In this document: positions 57,488 through 64,000 of the stretch, one piece after another
Layout: each line of letters begins with the position of its first letter
Position numbering within the stretch: the first letter of the stretch is position 1
Source: Acutalibacteraceae bacterium
GTDB lineage: Bacteria; Bacillota; Clostridia; Oscillospirales; Acutalibacteraceae
Assembly (NCBI GenBank): GCA_045653445.1
Contig: JAZOLY010000005.1
Coordinates: 1,229 to 65,228 of the forward strand
Reading direction: 5' to 3'
DNA length: 64,000 nt
Position numbers and translations under genes: made by a program
The notes under the pieces: model-generated
The model's database searches: none
What the model was told of the DNA's origin: nothing
What the model saw: the letters and a program-made list of their open reading frames with translations, nothing else

Positions 57488-59704
57488 ATGGAATACATCT
57501 GTCTTATAATTGGATTACTTATTCTGCTCACTTCCCTATTAGTAGCAATTAAGAAAAGATTTGATAGCAGCATTATGATTTCAGCTATTATGCTGGGTGT
57601 CTTCTTTTCGACCTTTTTTATGGTACTTCCTACAGAATGGTCAAGCCCCGATAAATCAGTATTTGACCCCACCTTTCACAGAATAGTGTCCTCTCTTTTA
57701 TACAGCTTTAAGACTCTTGGCGGAAGACAGGACATCGCTCAGCTTGAATCTATCAACCTTTCGGGTTGGGTAAAGGGTCTATATATCTATGTTAACTACA
57801 TATCATTTGACCTTGCTCCCATACTGGCTTCAGGATTGATATTATCCTTTATTGGCGATACAGGCGACAAAATGCGATATTTTCTTAGTTTTTCACCTAA
57901 GTGTTATGTTTTTTCTGACATTAACGAAAATTCTCTTGCACTGGCAAAAGGAATCAAGCAGTTGCCCGGTAAAAAGACGTTGGTTTTTTGCAATGAAAAG
58001 GAAGCCGACAAAGCTATGGCATCGCAAGCAAAAGAATTGGGCGCCATCTTACTTTACAAGCTGTGCAAAGACGTTAAAATCACTCCTCGATTCAAGCAAT
58101 ACGAATTTTTTATTATTTCAGATAACGAAGACGTCAATATAGAATTAACTGAGTTGCTGATCGATAAAAAGGACAGGTTCGTTAAAAGCAACATAACCAT
58201 CAACACCTTTGCTCAAAGCGGAACTAACATAAACATGTTGGAACAAAGCATGAAAAAAAGCCCTTGTGTTGCATTTGACGGTCTTACAGAAAAAACATTT
58301 GATGAAGCACAAGCCGTTTTAAAGAAAAAGCCAAGCACTAAAGTTGCATTTTTCAACACTGCACACGCAGATAACGAATTATTAGAAAAAGCCGCAGAGA
58401 AAAATCTTCTTACCTTTAATAAGCCTTGGAACAAGGAAAAAGTCAGCAATGATTTTTACGGATACGATATTACGTTATATCTTGAATCATCCGATAACGG
58501 TTTTGATACAACCGGCATAAAATGCTACAAAAACAAGCTGACTGATAAATGGTTTGATGATCCGTTAAAGGTCAGGTTTATTGATGAAATTGCACTGTTT
58601 TGCAACAATCTTTTATATGAGCACCCCTTATACAATCTGCCAGATAACAAAAAAGACATTTCGGTTATGATAGTCGGCTGTGGCAAACTGGGTATGCGTA
58701 TGCTCAAAACAGTAGTATGGAACGGTCAAATTGAGGGATATACTCTTAAAATCTGCATATATGATAAAAACGCGAAGGATGCGAAACAAAAACTGTATCA
58801 TCAATGTCCCGAACTTAACCAATACAGTTTAAACTTTATCGATGTAGATATTGAAAGTGCTGAATTTGATAAAAAAATATCCGAAAACAGTCTTGATGCA
58901 ACCTTTGTTTGCGTTGCATCAGGCTCTGACGACTTAAATATTACAACTGCTGAAAATCTGTACAGAATTTTCAGACAGCAAACATTTGGATACACTCCCC
59001 CCATTTTTACTCGCATAAGAAAAATTGTAAAATCTGAAAATTACAATAAAAAGGATTCCTATCTGTACGATAGAAACATTCATTTGTTCGGCACAACAGA
59101 ATCTATCTATTCAAACAATACTCTGTTTAACAGCAAGCTTGAAAAGTTGGCTCTTGCGATTCATCTGTGCTACTCATCTGCACTTGATAAACCATATGAC
59201 AGTTACGAATTTAAGCAGGCACTCCACTCCTTCTTCTGCTCCGAGTATAACAGACGTTCATCAATGGCAACAGCACTGCATATTGCTTCAAAGCTGGTAA
59301 GCTGCAATGTTATGAAAAGCACACAAACACAGCCCACCGAAGCAGACTTGGAAAAGTTCAGTAAAATACTTGATGACGATTTGCTTGAAATAATGATAAA
59401 GAACGAGCATGACCGTTGGAATGCCTTTGTAAGAAGCGAAGGATATATTTGCGCAGATGTAAAGACGGTATGTAAATACGCCGAAGAAAACAATTCTCAC
59501 AAAGACGAAATATCAAAACTTCACCCTTGTATTTTAAGTTGGGAAGACTTGTCTAAATTCCAAAAAGATTATGATGAGATTTTAGTCAAAAAACATGGTC
59601 TAAAAAAGCAAAACTTCAAAGACTATGACAAGGATATTATAAAGAAAATTCCAGAAATAGTTAGAAAAGCCAATCAATTATGTGAGGAGAATGTCTATGT
59701 ATAA
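57488..59704 (+). CDS. membrane-anchored protein: 3-4 N-terminal TM helices, degenerate plus canonical Rossmann (KTN/TrkA-N-like) domains, two RyR-like C-terminal modules (738 aa)
   Basis: Start is the ATG at 57488 behind RBS TGAGG, 11 nt after the XRE stop. The hydrophobic helices include ICLIIGLLILLTSLLVAI, IMISAIMLGVFFSTFFMVL and LAPILASGLILSFI. The dinucleotide fingerprint is VMIVGCGKLG...ICIYDKN. The C-terminus reads LALAIHLCY...EYNRRSSMATALHIASKL and NEHDRWNAFVRSEGY...LHPCILSWEDLS...KDYD. Confidence 0.7.
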   Translation: MEYICLIIGLLILLTSLLVAIKKRFDSSIMISAIMLGVFFSTFFMVLPTEWSSPDKSVFDPTFHRIVSSLLYSFKTLGGRQDIAQLESINLSGWVKGLYIYVNYISFDLAPILASGLILSFIGDTGDKMRYFLSFSPKCYVFSDINENSLALAKGIKQLPGKKTLVFCNEKEADKAMASQAKELGAILLYKLCKDVKITPRFKQYEFFIISDNEDVNIELTELLIDKKDRFVKSNITINTFAQSGTNINMLEQSMKKSPCVAFDGLTEKTFDEAQAVLKKKPSTKVAFFNTAHADNELLEKAAEKNLLTFNKPWNKEKVSNDFYGYDITLYLESSDNGFDTTGIKCYKNKLTDKWFDDPLKVRFIDEIALFCNNLLYEHPLYNLPDNKKDISVMIVGCGKLGMRMLKTVVWNGQIEGYTLKICIYDKNAKDAKQKLYHQCPELNQYSLNFIDVDIESAEFDKKISENSLDATFVCVASGSDDLNITTAENLYRIFRQQTFGYTPPIFTRIRKIVKSENYNKKDSYLYDRNIHLFGTTESIYSNNTLFNSKLEKLALAIHLCYSSALDKPYDSYEFKQALHSFFCSEYNRRSSMATALHIASKLVSCNVMKSTQTQPTEADLEKFSKILDDDLLEIMIKNEHDRWNAFVRSEGYICADVKTVCKYAEENNSHKDEISKLHPCILSWEDLSKFQKDYDEILVKKHGLKKQNFKDYDKDIIKKIPEIVRKANQLCEENVYV

Positions 59705-59972
59705 ACCAACGCCTGTTGATACAAGCAACATAAAGCTTCCACCCGAACTAATTGAACTGACTGAAAAAATAGCCGAAAACGTTCACGACGTTTGGGCGCA
59801 AGGAAGAATAAAAGATGGTTGGACTTACGGTCCTGTACGTGATGATGACAAAAAGCAAACGCCCTGTTTAGTCCCCTATTGCGACCTGACAGAAACAGAA
59901 AAAGAATACGACAGAAAGACAGCACTGGAAACCATAAAATTGATTCTGTCTTTAGGTTATGAAATAAAATAA
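59697..59972 (+). CDS. stand-alone RyR (ryanodine-receptor repeat, PF02026-like) domain protein (91 aa)
   Basis: AENVHDVWAQGRIKDGWTYGPVRDDDKKQTPCLVPYCDLTETEKEYDRKTALETIKLILSLGYEI follows the RyR-domain consensus closely. RBS GAGGAG. The ATG overlaps the upstream stop (ATGTATAA). Confidence 0.8.
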   Translation: MYKPTPVDTSNIKLPPELIELTEKIAENVHDVWAQGRIKDGWTYGPVRDDDKKQTPCLVPYCDLTETEKEYDRKTALETIKLILSLGYEIK

Positions 59973-59979
59973 CATAAAA

Positions 59980-60013
59980 ACCTCTTTGCATATTGTAATG
60001 CAAAGAGGTTTTT
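59980..60013 (+). terminator. terminator of the XRE-RyR operon
   Basis: ACCTCTTTGCA / TGCAAAGAGGT stem plus T5. Confidence 0.88.
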
Positions 60014-60193
60014 AATTACGCATTATTCTCAGCAATTATTTCCACTCTAATAATTTTAATAAACTTAACAACAACTTTTGTTATTAAAGCAAATACAAAA
60101 GAAAAACACAACATTCTTTTTAGGTAAAAACAACAGTACAGGCTGTCGATTTTGGTCATTATTTATAATTTTTATTGTGTAACAAATATTTTT

Positions 60194-60222
60194 CTTGTAA
60201 CTTTAACCAAATTGTATTATAA
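60194..60222 (+). promoter_or_regulatory. sigma-A promoter of the PRTase-like gene
   Basis: TTGTAA, 17 nt spacer, TATAAT. Confidence 0.65.
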
Positions 60223-60254
60223 TATATCTAACTAAAATACAAGGAGGTAATTAT

Positions 60255-60893
60255 ATGCCAGCAACAACAGCTTTTAAATATGAAACCAAAAGGAAAAATT
60301 TATTCCTTCGTGTTGTAAAAGGACATTTTGCAACAACAAACCGTCATTGCAACTATTATATTGATGTTGCCGCCCAAAAATCAAGATTGTCAGAGGCTAA
60401 GGCGGTAGCTGAAGAATTACGTTCTTACCTCTACCACTCAACAGTTGTTGACACTATTTTGTGCCTTGACGGAACTGAGGTTATAGGAACTTGTCTTGCC
60501 GAGCAGCTTACAAAATCCGATTTTATCAATATGAATGCCCATAAAACAATTTATGTTGTTACTCCTGAAACAAACAACGGGCAAATTATATTCAGAGACA
60601 ATATTGTGCCAATGATACAGGGCAAAAGTGTGCTTGTGCTTGGTGTGTCTGTTTCTTCAGGCAAAACAGTCGAAACCGCTGTGGATGCAATTAACTATTA
60701 CGGTGGCAGAGCTGCAGGAGTATGTGCAATATTCTCTACTGTTGAAAAATGCGGTGAATTGCCAGTCTATTCAGTATTTAACCCCAACGATCTTGACGGA
60801 TATGATAACTATCCATCCCACGAATGTCCACTGTGTAAAGCAGGACAGAAACTTGATGCGCTAATCAATTGTCATGGATTTTCTAAGTTATAA
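60255..60893 (+). CDS. type I phosphoribosyltransferase-fold protein with degenerate PRPP loop and C-terminal CxxC
   Basis: RBS AAGGAGG. The PRPP-loop-like segment is SVLVLGVSVSSGKTVE. The usual acidic pair (DD/ED) is replaced by GV. The C-terminus contains HECPLCKAG. Confidence 0.6.
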   Translation: MPATTAFKYETKRKNLFLRVVKGHFATTNRHCNYYIDVAAQKSRLSEAKAVAEELRSYLYHSTVVDTILCLDGTEVIGTCLAEQLTKSDFINMNAHKTIYVVTPETNNGQIIFRDNIVPMIQGKSVLVLGVSVSSGKTVETAVDAINYYGGRAAGVCAIFSTVEKCGELPVYSVFNPNDLDGYDNYPSHECPLCKAGQKLDALINCHGFSKL

Positions 60894-60908
60894 TTAAACA
60901 AACAGCAC

Positions 60909-60938
60909 AAAAACCGTTCTCGTATGAGAACGGTTTTT
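60909..60938. terminator. bidirectional terminator
   Basis: ACCGTTCTC / GAGAACGGT stem flanked by A5 and T5 runs. Confidence 0.85.
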
Positions 60939-61004
60939 CATTTTAAATGCATTAAACAGAATTAGTCTAAAATAGTTTTCTGAAGCAATAACATATATCG
61001 ATAA

Positions 61005-61433
61005 TCAAAACCTCAGCCACCCAATAGAGCCAAGAAACAAATCCAACAACAAAGCCCCCAACAATAACCCACTTAAAACACAAACTGCTATTATCAAAAT
61101 CTTTTTATCTCTTTTAAGTGACTGTATATGTTCCACTGAGGATTGCTTTATGTCCTTTATTCGTTCTTCATAAACTTCTTTCAATGCTTTCAGAGCTTTT
61201 ATCTGAGAATCTTCACTTATTTCAACATTTTCAACTTTTTCAATTGCATTTATTTTATCCAACGAACCACCCATAGCACTAACAAGTCTGACTACAGTTT
61301 CAAAACGAGGGTCAGCCGTTTCACCTGAAAAAATTTTTCTTATTGTAGCTTCTGGCAAACCGCTGGCGGTAGAAATATCGTGCCATGAAAAGTTACCGTT
61401 TGTTTTAAGGTATTTTAAATATTCTTTTATCAA
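61005..61433 (-). CDS. membrane-anchored HTH protein (XRE-like N-terminus, coiled-coil, C-terminal TM helix)
   Basis: FSWHDISTASGLPEATIRKIFSGETADPRFETVVRLVSAMGGSL is HTH-like. The C-terminus ILIIAVCVLSGLLLGALLLDLFLG is hydrophobic. Confidence 0.6.
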   Translation of the reverse strand: MIKEYLKYLKTNGNFSWHDISTASGLPEATIRKIFSGETADPRFETVVRLVSAMGGSLDKINAIEKVENVEISEDSQIKALKALKEVYEERIKDIKQSSVEHIQSLKRDKKILIIAVCVLSGLLLGALLLDLFLGSIGWLRF

Positions 61434-61607
61434 ATTCTATCACCTTTCTGCCCGAATTTTATCAATATTAGTAAAGTTTTAACACCATTTTATAAAATTT
61501 GAGCAATTCCCAAACACTTTAAAATATTGTAAAATTTAAACATCAAAAATATTTGTTCAAAGTATAGCAAACTCAATTTATATTGTCAACAAAAATAGGA
61601 GCATAAA

Positions 61608-61844
61608 ATGAGAAAAATATTATGCAAAAAGAAAAAGAAGTTCAACTGCATTCACCTAATATGCTGGATAATTATCCCCATAGCAATAATAACGGTGCTT
61701 GTGCTTGACGCTTTAAAACTTTACACATTTAATACTGAACGTCTCATAATCATAGGAACGTGTATTTTTGTTGTACTAATTCCATTTTTCAATGTAATAT
61801 CTGTAAAAGACATTTCTTTTAAAAAAGGTTCCGATGATAAATAA
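61608..61844 (+). CDS. small two-TM hypothetical membrane protein (78 aa)
   Basis: RBS TAGGAG 7 nt upstream. A basic N-terminus (KKKKK) is followed by two hydrophobic helices. No family recognised. Confidence 0.45.
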   Translation: MRKILCKKKKKFNCIHLICWIIIPIAIITVLVLDALKLYTFNTERLIIIGTCIFVVLIPFFNVISVKDISFKKGSDDK

Positions 61845-61954
61845 CACAATTAAAGATTTCTTGACAATTCAATTGGAATCCTTTTTATTAATCATTATCA
61901 AAAACCTTATAAGTACGTTTCTTTAATTATTCAGTATATTCCTCAACACTGCCA

Positions 61955-62143
61955 TTAAACATTTACATCTACATACTTTTCTTTTCCGTTATAACCATCG
62001 AGTTTATCACGATTGGTATATTGCCAAAATACCCACTCTCTATCATCCGACAATTTTGGCATTGAAATAACGTTTCTAATCCAAATGTCGTATTCTTCAT
62101 AATCATTTGAATATGTAGTCACACTGGTTTCAAAAAGAACCTT
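61955..62143 (-). pseudogene. C-terminal remnant of a GH25 muramidase (lysozyme/endolysin)
   Basis: My own translation is ...YDIWIRNVISMPKLSDDREWVFWQYTNRDKLDGYNGKEKYVDVNV, ending in a stop. This matches the GH25 C-terminal pattern W.FWQY...G.V.GI.G.VD.N. The frame is closed by TGA at 62144-62146 with no start codon. Confidence 0.55.
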
Positions 62144-62244
62144 TCAACTAACAAACGCTCTTTAATGGCGAACAGTTTCGGCTTTTGATTCTTGTTTTGC
62201 AGCATTTTTTTAATGAATAATGTCAAAATGCGCAGATTGTTCAT

Positions 62245-62294
62245 AAAAAACAAAATAAGCCTGACCACATAATCAACATTATGTAGTCAAGCTT
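62245..62294 (-). terminator. terminator downstream of the Cys-rich small gene
   Basis: A 17-bp near-perfect stem (62257-62273 / 62278-62294) is followed by a T-run on the minus strand. Confidence 0.7.
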
Positions 62295-62312
62295 ATTTGA
62301 AAATTAGTATGC

Positions 62313-62498
62313 TTACTTTTTGGATGCACGTTTGGTCATCTCAATCAATGCCTTCATCGACTGTTCGTCCATTGGATCATCAGGCTTTAAGTAAGCATCA
62401 AAATAACAACTGTAACACATTTGACCGCTGCCCATAACATAGTGATCACAAAAATCAATATGCGTATCCTTACGCACATTTGTTATTTTTCCACACAT
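62313..62498 (-). CDS. small Cys-rich (zinc-ribbon-like) hypothetical protein
   Basis: 61 aa containing C-x(15)-C and CYSC. The in-frame upstream codons add RCIMC, which would give a CxxC pair. No convincing RBS. Confidence 0.35.
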   Translation of the reverse strand: MCGKITNVRKDTHIDFCDHYVMGSGQMCYSCYFDAYLKPDDPMDEQSMKALIEMTKRASKK

Positions 62499-62667
62499 GA
62501 TACAACGCTCAAATATGCAACTCTATCTTCATTATTCTTTTTGCTCGGTTTCCAAAACCATTTCAACAAACGACCTCCATTCTTCTCTCTTTTTTGTGAT
62601 AATAAAATGTATTATCAACACTATGTAAAAACTTTATGAGTTTCCCAATAATCTATTTCTTTTTAAA

Positions 62668-63993
62668 TTACTCACTTAAAAATATCTCTCGAACAGACGC
62701 AATTTCCTCAGCAGTAACGCCTATCGACAATAGCCATCTTTCGATTTTTTCATTAACGTTTTCGCCCGGTAAACCGTTAATGCGGCCAATAAACTTATAC
62801 ATCCAATCCATTGACACATCACTATGATGAAATGCCGAAAGCTGATACTCTTTCATCAAACTGCTTTCGTCCATTCCGAGAATTGCGCCCAACAAATAAC
62901 AAATTGTTCCTGTACGGTCCTGTCCGTAAGTACAGTGAAGGTATATCGGATAATTCGACTGATCTGCCAAATCCGAAAACACTTTTCTGATTGGCTCTGG
63001 ATTATCAAAAATCCCGGAATAGTTTGGTGCATTATAATAAATGTGTTTCACACTTGCACCAAGGGCGTCCGCACCGTATAAATTGTCAGCAGAACTTCGT
63101 AAATCCATGTCCGTTTTGATACCCAAAACTGATAACATTGTATTTACTCCCTCAGGAGTAATTGTATACTTTTTCTCAACGGCACCATCCAACTCGCAAC
63201 CACGGTACAAGAGTCCTTGTTTGATTGTTTTGCCATCTGCCGTTCTCCATCCACCAACATCTCTCAGATTGTACACGCCGTCAACTGTGAGAAAACGAGG
63301 ACTCTCTGCTGTTTTAAAACTACCGCTCACTGCGGTTACGTTTCCATCATTGAATGTCAGTTCGATTTTGAAATAATACCGTGTTCCCGTTTTAAGATGA
63401 TAAACATCAACAGCTGTACTATAACTATCGGTCATATAGACAAGCTGATTGTTGAATTCCGGATTATCTGCTATAAAATAGCTCGCTTCTTTTACACTGT
63501 AGCCCATCGGTGCACCAACAAGTTCGTAAGATAATTTGACAGGCAAACCAGTATCCATTCGTTTGTATTGAGTCCGATACTGATCATATACTTCAGATGC
63601 ATACGTATCATTCTCAGCAGAATAGTAAGCATAAACAGCAGGATTAACGATTATCACATCTTCTCCAAAAAAAGGAATATCAATCCTAATGCTATTCACC
63701 ATGTTTTGTATAGTTTGGTTTTCTGACTCCCACTGTTCTTTCTTCTGTGAAGAATATAGCTGGTCTATAACCAAACCTGCTACGATCAGACACACTATAG
63801 CAACAAGAGTAATTGTGGCATGAATAAGATATCGCTTATTTTTAGCAAAAAAATGACTTATTTTTTCTCTGTTTTTCTTGTTAAAAAACTTGGCACGATG
63901 TTTACGCTTTTTTCTTTTATGATGGGAATGATGGGAATGATGGGAATGATAAACAGATTCATTTTTTGAATTTGTATTTGCGATATCGTTCAT
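62668..63993 (-). CDS. membrane-anchored tyrosine-phosphatase-family protein (Y_phosphatase3-like, CX5R) with His/Lys-rich N-terminal tail
   Basis: The active site reads YLHCTYGQDRTGT. NLRDVGG precedes it, as in the PF13350 family. One TM helix (ATITLVAIVCLIVAGLVI) follows the very basic tail HSHHSHHSHHKRKKRKHRAKFF. Confidence 0.75.
   Translation of the reverse strand: MNDIANTNSKNESVYHSHHSHHSHHKRKKRKHRAKFFNKKNREKISHFFAKNKRYLIHATITLVAIVCLIVAGLVIDQLYSSQKKEQWESENQTIQNMVNSIRIDIPFFGEDVIIVNPAVYAYYSAENDTYASEVYDQYRTQYKRMDTGLPVKLSYELVGAPMGYSVKEASYFIADNPEFNNQLVYMTDSYSTAVDVYHLKTGTRYYFKIELTFNDGNVTAVSGSFKTAESPRFLTVDGVYNLRDVGGWRTADGKTIKQGLLYRGCELDGAVEKKYTITPEGVNTMLSVLGIKTDMDLRSSADNLYGADALGASVKHIYYNAPNYSGIFDNPEPIRKVFSDLADQSNYPIYLHCTYGQDRTGTICYLLGAILGMDESSLMKEYQLSAFHHSDVSMDWMYKFIGRINGLPGENVNEKIERWLLSIGVTAEEIASVREIFLSE
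63919..63950 (-). repeat. 9-bp tandem repeat encoding (SHH)n
   Basis: GATGGGAAT appears about 3.3 times on the plus strand. The protein reads HSHHSHHSHH. Confidence 0.85.
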
Positions 63994-64000
63994 TTCCGGG

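Noticed and set aside
57488-59704. Calling the 738-aa protein a K+ channel or TrkA potassium-uptake subunit.
   Set aside because: A GxGxxG Rossmann motif is present. However, the membrane part has no T(V/I)GYG-type selectivity filter or recognisable TrkH/Ktr pore repeats, and the C-terminal half is unrelated to RCK C-lobes. I therefore left its function open.
60255-60893. The PRTase-like gene as part of a retron or other known PRTase-containing defence system.
   Set aside because: No reverse transcriptase, msr/msd-like structured RNA, or partner effector gene is adjacent. The gene has its own promoter and terminator.
1-64000. Search for a mobile element, integrase, transposase, tRNA/tmRNA attachment site or rRNA operon.
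   Set aside because: No ORF shows transposase (DDE/HUH), tyrosine or serine recombinase motifs, and I recognised no tRNA-like or rRNA sequence. The accessory character of 49-64 kb rests only on gene remnants and composition.

Overview
Roughly 40% GC by eye. This looks like a chromosomal segment of a low-GC Firmicute of the class Clostridia. GTP-dependent PEPCK, meso-DAP dehydrogenase, a cohesin-like surface protein and a type-A RNase P RNA suggest an Oscillospiraceae/Ruminococcaceae-like anaerobe, but that taxonomy is inference only. Positions 1-49 kb are mostly core housekeeping: aconitase-icd, pnp-rpsO, glyQS, an AraC-controlled sugar module, pfkA-dnaE-whiA-rapZ-murB-hprK, a Na+-pump decarboxylase beta subunit, thrS with a Thr T-box, DnaD/DnaC-like loader genes, rnpB, PBP1A, eda, htrA, ddh, pckG, tsaD-rimI, polA, dusB and rnhA. 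Positions 49.4-53.1 kb are a gene-decay zone holding several truncated or fused gene remnants. Positions 53.1-57.1 kb carry only the regulatory half of a capsule/EPS locus (Wzz, BY-kinase, PHP phosphatase, LCP), which ends in a truncated priming sugar transferase. Positions 57.2-64 kb are an accessory islet. Its most interesting element, and my best candidate for an undescribed system, is an XRE-regulated operon. That operon encodes a membrane-anchored Rossmann/RyR-like protein translationally coupled to a stand-alone RyR-domain protein. The islet also holds a degenerate PRTase-like gene, a membrane-anchored HTH protein, a GH25 lysozyme remnant and a membrane-anchored tyrosine-phosphatase-family protein. 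Other notable points are a single in-frame TGA splitting pnp at a conserved Ser codon and a riboswitch-like terminator-containing leader upstream of the Na+-pump beta subunit. There is also a three-way-junction rpsO leader and an 18-bp tandem repeat in the PBP1A N-terminus. I recognised no rRNA, tRNA, CRISPR array, transposase or integrase. All homology statements rest on motif recognition by eye, and no database search was run.
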